64,000 bases of DNA, taken from NCBI GenBank assembly GCA_951406725.2, contig OX597821.1:15438001-15502000 (forward strand), in the 5' to 3' direction. Source of the DNA: Octopus vulgaris (taxonomy: Eukaryota). Below, in pieces: positions 27,265 to 39,369 of this stretch; position 1 is the first letter of the stretch; every line of letters begins with the position of its first letter. The position numbers and the translations under genes are program-made. The notes beneath the pieces were generated by a model that was given only the letters and a program-made list of their open reading frames with translations, searched no databases and had not been told where the DNA came from.

Positions 27265-27269
<5 letters not shown>
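27061..27269 (+). mobile_element. PLE pLTR-like element carrying a minimal hammerhead and ending in (TA)n
   Basis: Hammerhead motif at 27128-27162. The 3' end GGATTAAC(TA)n is shared with the truncated copy at 29641-29728. Confidence 0.65.
27128..27162 (+). ncRNA. Minimal type I hammerhead motif (dimer type)
   Basis: GTTT-CCGACGA-A-GAGC-TCC-GCTC-GAAAC-GTT-AAAC. Stem I is GTTT/AAAC, stem II has 4 bp, stem III is the palindrome ACGT, and the core is a U4C variant. Confidence 0.65.
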
Positions 27270-27317
<48 letters not shown>

Positions 27318-28487
27318 CGAGCTTCATTCCGTTTCTGTAAACCTAATCTACTCTTCAGGTTATATTACGGAGCTATAGGACAGGACACTAAACCAAGTTG
27401 CCTCGCAGACTCAAAGCCATATGGTTAGAAAGCAAAGTTCTTATCACACAGCCGTGCCTTACATCAGCCATTCAACTGTGGTCATACTGTGGCATCTGCT
27501 TGCAAACGTCGACCTCAGATCTATTTATTATTTACATAGGAAGAATTTCTGATCCATGATCTAAATTTCACTCACATTTCCCTACTCTACTCGGGGAAAC
27601 CATGGAGGAGACAAAACTGTCAAATATATTATGCCGTGAGTTCTAAACTTGAGTGATGCTATTCGGAAGCGAACGCCTTACCCCCAAGTTTCGTTGTCTT
27701 CTTTGTATGTGTATGTGTAAGCTGAGAATGGCAACATCGATGTCGGAGACGATGAGGAATTTCATCATGATGAGGATAATGGTAATTTTAATGACGATGA
27801 TGATAGGTTTGCTTGCTAATAGCTTTGAAGTAAGTTCAATTTAAAAAGCGTGCTGACACGTCTTTTAATGACAAATAAAATTAATCATTGGTAAATATCA
27901 GGTTCTTCATTTTAGAAATTATTCAATTTCTATCGAATTTTCTCAGTCTAAGATCTCAAGGAACAGTATGGGAAACTGATATAGAATTATCACCTAAACC
28001 TTTAGAAGAAATTATCGTGAAAATTACTTAGCGTATTTCAAGTTTTCCTTCAATGAAATGAAATGTGACGAAAATTAGGAAGTGACAATCAAATTAGAGA
28101 GACGAGCGTTGGCATGCTGAATGTTCTATGGGAAAAAGACAAAAAACTCTTTCAAATTCTTCTGTCATGATCAGTCGTAAACAGACATAGCTGCTTACGG
28201 TTACTCTCTGTAATTTAGATGTATTTTAAAGACTCATATATAAATAGATAGACAGATAGCTAGATACTTACATATATACATACATACATATGTGTATCTA
28301 TCGATCTATCTCTCAGCCTGTCTGTCTATCTCATGCGCATGTATGCCGTGTGGGCGAACGCCTAGCTAAGACTTAAAGACGTGCCATCGGTCATTTCGAA
28401 TCACATACATTTCCATGCGTCCGTTTCCCTTTCTCTCTCTCTCCCTCTCTCTCTCACTCCCCCTCTCTCTCTGTATATATATATATA

Positions 28488-28652
28488 GGCGCAGGAGTGG
28501 CTGTTTGGTAAGTAGCTTGACTACCAACCACATGGTTCCGGGTTCAGTCCCAATGAGTGACACCTTGGGCAAGTGTCGTCTACTATAGCCTCGGGCTGAC
28601 CAAAGCCTTGTGAGTGGATTTGGTCGACGGAAACTGAAAGAAGCCCGTCGTA

Positions 28653-28726
<74 letters not shown>

Positions 28727-28929
28727 TGTGTCTGTTTGTCCCCTAGCATTGCTTGACAATCGATGCTGGTGTGTTTATGTCCCCGTTACTTAGCGGTTCG
28801 GCAAAAGAGACCGATAGAATAAGTACTGGGCTTACAAAAGAATAAGTCGAGTTGCTCGATTAAAGGCAGTGCTCCAGCATGGCCGCAGTCAAATGACTGA
28901 AACAAGCAAAAGAGTAAAAGAGTAAAAGA
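28488..28929 (+). mobile_element. SINE family A, full length
   Basis: tRNA head, internal microsatellite and (AAAAGAGT)n tail. Confidence 0.92.
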
Positions 28930-29049
28930 ATATATACATATACACATGTATGCATATATCAGTGTGAGACTATAGGCAAAAATTGATGACAAACAAACTA
29001 AATACAGATGGAAGATCCAGTATACAATTTAGAAGAAAAATTTCCAGAT

Positions 29050-29430
29050 AAAAGCATCTGGTGAATTTGGTTATACGAAAATTTGCACCTTACATCAAAA
29101 GTTTCTTCTATTGTTGCAGAAATATTTTTTAAAGAATTACTTGTTCTACTAGCAATTTATGAATATCATCAGTTTGCGTGCGGGGACTATTGCATTAGCA
29201 CTTTGTCACATTCTCTATATTTTGATTGCATGCATTTCCTGCAATTTGAACGGGATCTTTCCGTGTATATCTCTGGTCGTATAATAGTGCAAATTGACAG
29301 AGTTCTGGGTATGAACGAGGTATCTAGATGTCTCCTTACTTTACTAAAATTAACAAACTTCCTAGTTTGGGAATATGCCCGTTAATGTTGTCCTGTAATA
29401 ATGTGTAGAAATCGCATATGGCATGGTCAC
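29050..29430 (-). pseudogene. Possible highly degraded PIF/Harbinger transposase remnant
   Basis: Minus-strand FVNFSKVRRHLDTSF loosely resembles the Harbinger motif FN..LSRARR..EN.F; weak. Confidence 0.25.
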
Positions 29431-29640
29431 AAATAGAGTGACAGACAAACTCTGAGATTTTGACAGAGAGAAAACTTCAAAGCAACTTGTGTTACAACAG
29501 TTTACATAGAAATACAATGAATATTATAGTTCTGCAAAAGTTAGAAAGGGTAAACATTTTTCAGCATAATTTTCATAAAAATGCTACCAATTAGCATTTC
29601 CCAAAACTTCCTATAAATCTTAAAACATAACATAACATTC

Positions 29641-29723
29641 CTTCTTTCCTGAGCGTCCAATAATACTATACCTGTTCCACGTCCTCACGTTGTTGTGTTT
29701 TCTTTGTGCTTTCTTGTTTGGAT

Positions 29724-29728
<5 letters not shown>
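29641..29728 (+). mobile_element. Truncated copy of the 27061 element
   Basis: CTTTCCTGAGCGTCCAATAATACT..GGATTAAC(TA)n. Confidence 0.8.
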
Positions 29729-29801
<73 letters not shown>

Positions 29802-30461
29802 CGATGAGTTTCGGTAAACGGTGTCGAATTTAAAAATCTGTAGATAATAATTATAATATTTTATAAGCTTAAAACTTATAAGCGATCACCGAGCATTGAC
29901 TGAAGTAAATAGCCTAATATTGAGGCGCGCATATATATATATATATATATATATTAAACAACAGATACACTGAAGTGTCTATCCGCTAGAAATAAAAGTT
30001 AGAACCCTCATTCGGACCACCAAAAATTACATTGGAAATAACAAATACAACATATATATATGTATGTATATGTATGTATATACGTATGTGTGTGTGTGTG
30101 TGTGTGTTTATACTCTTTTATTCCTTTTCATCTTTGAGTTATTTGACTGCAGCATTGCTGGAACACCAAATTTAGTCGCAGAAATCAACCCCAGGACTTA
30201 CTCTTTGTAAGCCTAGTACTTATTCTATAGGTCTCTTTTCCCGAAACGGTAAGTTTCAATGAAATGAACGTACCAACATCGGTTGTCAGGCGATGGTGGG
30301 TGGGAGAGGGGGACAAACACAGACAGGAAGACACACACATAACTTCATATATATATATATACCGGAGTAAACACATAAATGTGAAACAAGGTGGAAAAAA
30401 GAGTACTCAAATACCAGTGGTAGAGTAGCTTTATTTAAAGCAGCAGAAAATTCAACAAAAC

Positions 30462-30499
30462 CTGTTACTCCGAGTTTCACGTTCCCATTCGTCGGACAG
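30462..30499 (-). ncRNA. Minimal type I hammerhead motif
   Basis: Minus strand: CTGT-CCGACGA-ATG-GGAA-CGT-GAA-ACT-CGG-AGT-A-ACAG. Confidence 0.6.
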
Positions 30500-30522
30500 T
30501 TTTTGTTAGAATCTAGCAAAAG

Positions 30523-30560
30523 CTGTCCGACGAACGGGAACGTGAAACTCAGAGTAACAG
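30523..30560 (+). ncRNA. Minimal type I hammerhead motif
   Basis: CTGT-CCGACGA-ACG-GGAA-CGT-GAA-ACT-CAG-AGT-A-ACAG. Stems I-III can pair, loop II is GNRA, and the predicted cut is after 30556. Confidence 0.68.
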
Positions 30561-30593
30561 GTTTTGTTGAATTTTCTGCTGCTTTAAATAAAG

Positions 30594-30625
<32 letters not shown>

Positions 30626-31159
30626 CGACGGTTTTCGTTCAGTTTCCGTCTACGAAATCAACTCATAGTAGAAGGCACTTGCTTAAGTTGCCACGCAGTT
30701 GGACTGAACCCAATATTCTTACCACACAGCCACGCCTATATATATGTATTTATCTAAACTAATATTTTCTCACTTTGGAACAGTAAAAAAATCCGTGCGG
30801 AATTTCAGCTTTGTATATACAGAGATAGAACATAAATACAGAACACATTCAATGCATACTAAAAAATAACTTGAATAGCCTAAAGAAAAAAAGAAATTAA
30901 GAGATCAAAAATAACTGTGTGGTGATAAACTAGGAAAGTTTAGCATTTTTAGCACTTTTACTCATAAAACAGAAAAATCACTTACAACTTATATTAAACC
31001 AAATAAATTATCGTTATTTCCTTATTACCCAAATTTTTTATTAGCCGCGATTCTCTGGTTTGTCATTCAAGATAAATTAGAAAAAAGATTAAAAATGTAG
31101 ACAATTTAAGTTTCAGTCGTAATGACTGAGGGGTAATAGAGCAATCATAATATTCATAC

Positions 31160-31435
31160 TAATAGTTTCAAATTTTTGAGGAGAACCAGCAATTCTTTTT
31201 TTTTTCTTTTGTTTTTTTGGAGTGGATGATGAAGCCAATTACATCGACCAGTGTACTTGACAGGTTTATATTTTGACAAATTCATATATTATCGACTCCG
31301 ACAAACGATGAAAGGCAAATTCGACACCAGTGGAACGAATAAGAATCCACAAATAAGATAAGAACGAAGAGATGGACAAAATGCTACTAAGCATATTGCC
31401 TAGCATGCTAACGGTCCAGTCAGCTCACCACCTTA
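31160..31435 (-). mobile_element. SINE family C, degraded
   Basis: GATGAAAGGCAAATTCGAC..CTAAGCAT..GCATGCTAACG..CAGCTCACCACCTT. Confidence 0.6.
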
Positions 31436-34400
31436 TCAATAATGATAGTAATAATAATCTCTTAGTTGTTTACACTCAGTGTAGGCTTTGCAGAAATATA
31501 GTGGAAGTATTAGCTATAATCGTAGACAGTGTCAACTTAGCGTTTATCAAGTGGTATTTAATGCAGGAACAAACCGTTTTATAATACGTCTTAGAGGTAT
31601 TGCAAGTACGGAAATGTTACACATTGCATCTTTCCTCTTTTAAGAAAGTAACTGGTGTATTTAAGAGAGTTTTGGCAGTCATATTTTTACTGGAGGTGCA
31701 TCTATCTACAGTGATCCACATTGGATCCTGTCTTAATTTTGTTAAACTATAGAGTCTATAGATAAGTACGTGGCCTAAGAGTTATTTTGTGTATCGTGAA
31801 ACTGTTCGTCTCCTTTTTTCTACTTTTCTGTCGTGACTAAACTAATTTGCATTTTCAAACAGCAGCTTTCAAAGCCATATGGAATATATTAAAGTACTAA
31901 AATAAAAACAACAAATACAAACTGAATGATTTCAAAATTCCTTGTTGTCTTGTTTGTTTCCTTTCATTCTTTGCCTTTCATTTACCTTTTACTTGCCTTT
32001 CTATCTAATGTTAGTACATATTATTGCTTTTAGAACGAATTTTAAAACCTGGAAACCTCAATAACTTTCAATGCATTTACTTACTGTTGTTAAAGTAGGT
32101 TTTATAATTTTCCTTGATTTTTAGTTTTTGATTTGCTTGGAGTATTTTACAAATTATCGTACAATATTTTTACATTTTCAAAACAATTATAATTATGTTC
32201 ATATTTTTCTGATTACTATTTTGTTGAGACTGTCGTTCGTTGCACTTATTTAGATTACTGTATTTTATGATGATTGCAGTGTTCTATTTGAGAGTTGTTG
32301 TAATTATTATTGGTGATGCGTTATTTGTTGTTGATTTTATCACTAATTATGGCCAGGTTGTTCTTGGTATTGTAGCAGTTCATATTTCAATTATATTTGG
32401 TAATAATAAGCATCAGTAGTATTAGTAGAAGTAAAAGTAATGGTCGTGGAAGCTTTATTTGTTTTTCATCTTATTTTATTCTCTTCTGTGTATTGTTTTT
32501 CTTTCCAATAATCCGATTAAATTCAAACATTTCTCAGGTTTTCTTGTTGGTTTAAAACCTCTGTTTACTCAGCATTAACAAACCAATTGAGTGTCTGCTT
32601 AATAAAGACAAGGTCTTAATTTTCCTGAAATCCACAACTGTGAAAATTCAATAACATCTTCAGAATAAACAATATAAAAAAATAGTAACTTCTATTTTAC
32701 AGTTGCCATCTTTGTGTGTTTTTTTGTTCTTTTATTTGCTGTGGCTATTTTATTTGCATTTCTTGTTGCTCTACTACTTCTTTCCTTTTCTTTTATTTAT
32801 TTATAGATCTTCCACAGTTTTCAGTAATGAACAAATATGGATTTTTCAAAGATTTGCTTCGTCTAATTTAAGACCGTAATCTCTTGATCATCATCATGAC
32901 GGCTAACATGAGTGACACTACCAGCATCATCAGCAGCAACATCAGTGTATGTTGCCCAAGAAATAACGTGATTGCCCTGAGGTTAGGTACGTGTCACATC
33001 AGAATGGCAGAGCTGCGATATTCTTCTCACAAGAGCTATTGTTCTTTCCGACGAACATAGAATTTCCTGAGAGTTTCTTGTCTCCTTGATTTGTCCTAGC
33101 TGTTATTCTGTGAACAATAAGCTACTCTCTCAGGATTCATGAATATTAGTTTCTCACACACAACACATAAACTCTCACACATATGCATACACGCACATTT
33201 ATTCAATTATTGATAGAAAATTAGAAAAAAAGAAACAGAGTTGACATGTACGGCTGTAAAGAAATCCAAAATGAATGGATAAAAAGTATCACACTATTCT
33301 GCATAATTGATTCTTATTTTTAATATCGTTTTCTTCTATTGTCTCTGACGTCTTGATAAATCCAAATTTAATTTGGAATTAAGCACAGAAAATGACAGTC
33401 ATTTGAAACACATTCTTTGAAATTCTATATAGCTTCTTAAACCAATTGAGCCGGTCCAGATTTTATCATTAATTTTTTCTTTAAAGACAGTGTTAAATAA
33501 AACAAAAAATAACTTGCATTATGCTTTTTTGAAGTGGTTGACAAATTGAAATAATCAGTGCTTAACACCAGTTAAAATAAATTGTCATCATTTTACATCC
33601 ACATACCTAAATGGTCATCAAGTCTTAATTATTTAACTCCAGCTTCTGCCTTGATCGAGTTCCAACTGTCAGCATCACTCTATGAAACTGCTCCAACCGT
33701 TAGCATATCTAAGGAACATCATCCAGCATAAGGTGTGTTCTGGAGGAGATTTAGCCGGCATCTTTAACAGAGTACTAAGCCTTTAACATGTATGTTAGGT
33801 CCGTTTAAACTAGATCTGTTATTTTTTTTTTGCTGTGTTTATTATTTTAGGTTTTCCTCTTGGAAGACTCATAGAGAAGAATTCTTCTTTCGGGCTAGGA
33901 CAAAAACAAGATATTCCGTGATATACGGAGTGCCAAAATACAATGAAATACTTTTTGAGTCTGCCGACAGCTAATTTATTCTGACGCGCGCAGGGATGTT
34001 GAAAAATTTGCAATAACATATGGTTAGATGTTGGATTGGCAAACTCTTTAGTGTGACAATGTGTCAAGCGGTATTAAGTTACAACCCTTTACATACTGAG
34101 ATTAAATCCGGACAAGATCGAGTTTGTCTTTCATCTGTTTATTCATTATAATAACATACCAGTTCTGTACACTGATTTTGATATAAACAACTGTACTCAA
34201 CTGAAAATGTGACACATCGTACACAAGAAAGTAATATTCTAATGTATTACTATTATGATATTTTATGATGATTCTTAAGTAATTTTTTGACTCTAAATTT
34301 TTACTACCACATGGAAATATTTGTAAAGTTCTGTTAAGTAGTATATCCAATGAAAAATATTCCATTTTTTGCCTAAACTTTTTCTTCTTTAATTTGTCAT

Positions 34401-35254
34401 TTTAAAATATCATTTAAGCAAGTTCTTGCATATAAAACAGATTTAGGATTTCCTTGACAACGTGAATTATTGGTAGATAGATGGGAATATTTGGCGTAGG
34501 CTTTTTCTCATACAAGTAATACTTATAGAGTTATACGAAAAAATGTCAAAAGAGAATGTGATAACTTCTTGAAGATAAAATCGTCAATTTTCTATTCTGC
34601 TGAGTGTGACGGGAAACAATCTCTCGAGCTACCAGAAATAATTAAATGTCCTTCCAATTACAGCCTACGATCCCCAATAAGATGATACACATCGCATATC
34701 GTAAAAATACGGTGCACAGAAGAACGACAGTTGATCATGACAAATATTTTTGATGCTATGTTCATTCAGTGAAGAATTAACAAAACAAGAGAAAAAAGAG
34801 CAAAAGAAAAATAACATGATAATGTAAACTGTACTTTTCTTGAATTTTGATAAGTCTTCTTGATATTAAGAGTAGCGCTTTCTGAAACCGAATATCTTGA
34901 GTGAGAGCTGATGTTTCTCACGTAAATATGCTTAATAAATTGAGCAATTCATAATTTAGTATTTTTCCACATGATTATTAATCGAAATAAATGGCATATA
35001 TGTATGTGTATACCAGTGAACATATCAATAAAATATTGGTTTTATCGCTAGCATTCATGGGTTATAAAAGATATTTTACCATTTAGTCTTAATTTCCAGG
35101 CAGTTCTGGGTTTAATCTTAAATTTATAAAATAGAATATTTAATATTCACGGTATACCAGCAAGGTTTAGAAACACTGCAGTTCTATATGCCACATTAAT
35201 GAATGTGATACATATACACCCGCATACGGCCATTTCATTAATCCATACGCATTT

Positions 35255-35432
35255 TTCTCTCTCGTTTTTTTCCATTGTATCTCCGTTTTTCCCACCTTTC
35301 TCAATCCATTCTATCGAAGAGCGTAGGCTCGATACGGCAAAAACCTCTCCATTCTTCCCGAGTGTTAAACTAATATACCTGCTTGTTGTTCCTCACCAGT
35401 TTTCATCATTTGTTTTCTGTAAATTTGAAATA
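35255..35432 (+). mobile_element. Degenerate hammerhead-bearing PLE-like terminus
   Basis: CTATCGA-A-GAGC-GTAG-GCTC-GATAC-GGC with stem II intact and the core decayed. It ends AAATTTGAAA(TA)n and is homologous to 25075-25221. Confidence 0.5.
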
Positions 35433-37569
35433 TATATGTCTGGAAGTACATTTCTATGTTAATTTATTCTCCAAGTCACTGTGTAGAGTTTCAGATTCTC
35501 CTATTAGGTGCATCTATGCTTTTATTTTTCAAATAAAAAAATATTCAGTTTGTAAGCTTGAAGTGGCTGCCTGTTTTACAAATGATTCGGAACATTTACG
35601 AATTTGTGGTGTCCCTGAGAATAAGAAATAGACTAACACGATTAGATTTCAGAAATTTAATTAGCAATTATCATTATTCGTCCATTTAATGACTGTCAAT
35701 TGATTATTTAAAACATCGTTAACTTCAATTGAAACGTCTCTCTTTATAATTTGATATATTCGTTTTAGAGTCGGAACTGTTTAAAGTTTGAGAAATTATT
35801 CTATTGTACAAAGCGTTCACGAGAACATAATTAGATCTCCCTATGTACAAGTAAATAATCAACAGCTAGTATGAGATTTAGAGTTAGCTTTAGCAGAAAT
35901 CGTTTCTATTCAAAGGATATTTTCTGAGAAATCTTCCTAATCTTAATATATGATTGTGTTTCCTAATGTAAAATCTGCATTGATATCACACACATGCAAG
36001 CTGGGTTCCTATTTCTGAGTTAAGAATAGTTTCTGGATTTAAAACATAGGAGCACTTATGGAGATTATTTATTTGTATACTTCTCAGCTAAAGCTCAATA
36101 TCGTTCCGAAAATTCTGTAGATTTTTCCAGAAAGATGTCAGGAGTGGACAAATAAAAGAGGATTTATATTTTGCTTCTAGATGCCATGTTGCAGAAATAC
36201 ATGTGAATTCCTATCAACTGTGTTTTTGAATTAAGCCATAGGGATTATACATGTAACGACAATGCATATTTTATTAGGAACGGTCAAAAGTAAACGAAGC
36301 TCTCAGTGGAATGCCTTAATCCAGCATCTATTGAAGTAACTAATTTTAAATGGTTGTTTCCTGCTGCACACATCACGTAATATTAACAAATCTAGACTGC
36401 AGTTCTAGCTATATTTTCATAAATTTGAAATACGTGAATAATAGTAAGCTGTAGTGTTTAATTTTATCTAATTCAGCTTGCTTGTTCGTTACGCTTTTTA
36501 ATTGCATTTTGATAATTATATGATCACTTTTATGAAGATACATAGTTAATTCTGGTGATTGTTTTAAAGTTTTGGCTGCTGTTTCTTTACACAGGCATGT
36601 TAAATAAATAACCAAGAAACGCTTGAAATAATTCTTATAAAAGCTCAGAACTTTCCAGTTTTGAAAAGCATCCAAGCAGATGCAGTTACTGAAGTGAAAT
36701 TATAATCAATTAAAAAATATTTCAGAAATATATGCACCTTTAGCATTCACATACAGAATCAATTCATCATAATATTTCCTTTATATTCTTCGCAAAAGGA
36801 CAATATGGAATCAGTTTCATAAGGCGGCATGAAACAAAGAAAAATCAATAACTATTTTCAAATGCAATACATTTAGTTGACCGAATCGACTTCAGAATCT
36901 TATAGGTAAATGTAATATAAACCTAACTTTGTGAACCAATACAGGAACTATACAACATAAGTGATTTCTATGTAACAATAATGAACAAGGATGGTCTGTT
37001 TTTCAGAGTAAAGTAATTCAATTCTAAAGCGGGAGAAAAAAAACAAGGTGAAAAGGTTTGATTTCTGAAAGCACTACTCTTTCATATATTTATCTGCTCA
37101 ACCTGCGAAAGTCAAATTTTTTAAATAAGTGAATGATGCAACAGGTCTGGCTTTATTGAAAATTGATTACCAAACTCAGACTATCAACCATACCATTGCA
37201 TTCTCTTGATCCCATTTGTTATTAATCTTCAGTCCCTTTCATTGTTTCCTTGCTTGTGTTTTCCGAAATACGAATTCAAGTGTTCTGTGGCGATATATTT
37301 ATTCTAAGTGACATGGTAAATTTTCCAATTGTACAGGAAATAAACGTGCCATTCTATAAGACACCGAGCAATTCTGTTATAATCTCGAACACAAAACGGA
37401 AGTAAAAATGGCGTCAGACATATGAAACAAATATATCAATTCTACATGTCATTTCCTTACTCTATATTTCTTGCCTTTCCTTCCCTCACTTTATATATAT
37501 ATATATATATACAATTTGTATGTATGTATATATATATATATATATGACCCTAATAACCCTAATAATAGT

Positions 37570-37815
37570 AGGGAATATAATTCTAAAACTTACAGGGAAA
37601 AATTCAATTTAACAATTTTAAATCAAATTTTACATTATATAAATTTTACATTATATAACATATGTATATTATTTATACCACTATTAAACAACCTATAGAA
37701 AACATACTATATAATACTATATAAAAATCGTTTTTATATATAGTATATGTTTTCTATATGGTGTGAATAACGTATATCTTTATTGAATTTTTAATAGTGT
37801 TTTTTCACTAAATTA
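37570..37815. mobile_element. Internally deleted fold-back relative of the 15322-15835 element
   Basis: Shares AACAATTTTAAAT, TATAGAAAACATA and ATATGTTTTCTATATGG.GTGAATAA; the centre is palindromic. Confidence 0.7.
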
Positions 37816-39139
37816 TATATACATACATACATACATACATATATATTTAGTATTTTTTAAATTATCTTCCCTTCACTGGAAATCTTTTAATTCTTTAGTA
37901 CTGGAACCGGAAATAAACCGGTTGGGAAGCAAGATTTTTATCACACAGCCATGTACTATGTAGGTAAGAATGTTTATTTTTTGTCATTGTGTCCGTTGGC
38001 CTTTATACGCGCTCGGCTTTATGTCCCTTCAGCATTGCGTCCGTTCAGCTTCTTGGTTTCGGCTTCTTGTCCTTCGGTAAAAGTGCAGTTGGCATCCCGC
38101 TTGCGCCCGACACACACACACACATACGTCGTAGTTACACGGAATGTATTTGGAAATGCAAATATGATTCGCAGCATCTTGTCCATAAAATAAATTCTTT
38201 GTCGATAAGAATGCTTTTAACGCAGGGAAGAGAACACTCTTTCTGTTACAGCTTGGAGAACTGATGTACTTATTTGCAATTTCAATAGCTAATAATGTGC
38301 ATGCTTATATACGACAGAGATTCCTGTAAATGAAACTATTAGCAATCTGGTGAAATTGACCCAAAGGTGGTTTGTATTGAATGAAAACAATTCGAATTGT
38401 GAAAAAAGATGAAATATGAAATATTATTACATTAAACAGATAACGTCAAAAGAATTATCAACACTTACTAAACCATTTACTGCCTGCCATTTTAGAAATA
38501 GCTTGCAATAAGTGAAAGGAATCAGATATTTGTGAGACCTTCAATTAATTTCATTAAATAATTACTATTAGCTAATTGAGTTACATAACTATTTGTTTCA
38601 GTTAGTGCATAATCATGTATTTAGTTAAGAAATAATAATTCTTGATATAAATCATATGAAAATAAATTAATCACTGTACATTTATAGTTCTCTTTTACCT
38701 GAGGGATATTTTTTGTTTTATATGGTTCACCTCTACTGATAGGTTCGTATCATATCACAGCCATTATATTGAATCGATCACAAAAACATATAACTCTTTT
38801 ATTTAGTTTATTAAACAAATTAGTTAAATGCGATTCATGCGATAACTCAGGAAGCAGAAATGATTTTATTGCTAAGGGCAAGGTTAAATTTCAATAACAA
38901 TTAAGGAAATAAAGTAATTTGATATTTGTAACAAAACTGATTGTTCTAAAGATTGAACTTTATACTGACTCTTTTGCACACGCTCATACACCCACACACT
39001 AAATACATCCTACACAGAAATAGGAGTATTTCATAAAGACATAAACTCACAACAATCTGAAACCACTTTCATAACGTTTCATATATGTATAATAATATAT
39101 CTATACGTATTATATATATATGAAACAATATATACAATA

Positions 39140-39330
39140 GATATAAGGCCGGAAATTTTGAGGAAGGTTGCTGGTGGATTACGTCGACACCAGTGCTCAA
39201 CTGGTACTTATTTTACCGACTGTGGAGGCAGGAAAGATAAAGATGACTACAATGGAATTCGAGCTCAAAATGTAATGGAGTAGGTATTTTGTCAGCCGCT
39301 TTAACGATTCTGCCAGTTTGCTACCTTAAT
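39140..39330 (-). mobile_element. SINE family C, degraded
   Basis: CTGGTACTTATTTTACCGAC..TAACGATTCTGCCAG. Confidence 0.65.
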
Positions 39331-39369
39331 ACATCATATAATATTGTACTACGTCTGTAAATTGTTTAA

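Larger units (their letters stand above)
30361..30593. mobile_element. Palindromic double-hammerhead element, copy 1
   Basis: 82-bp inverted arms at 30429-30510 and 30512-30593 plus a 68-bp unique tail. (TA)n on both sides. Confidence 0.85.
30111..30737 (-). mobile_element. SINE family A split by an insertion into its internal (TA)n
   Basis: The 3' part lies at 30111-30345 and the head part at 30625-30737. Confidence 0.75.

Noticed and set aside
28488-28562. tRNA-like sequences at SINE heads (also 60713-60788)
   Set aside because: No complete cloverleaf and always fused to SINE bodies; not tRNA genes.
33861-33882. TGGAAGACT matching the miR-7 5' end
   Set aside because: The match stops after 9 nt and no precursor hairpin was seen.
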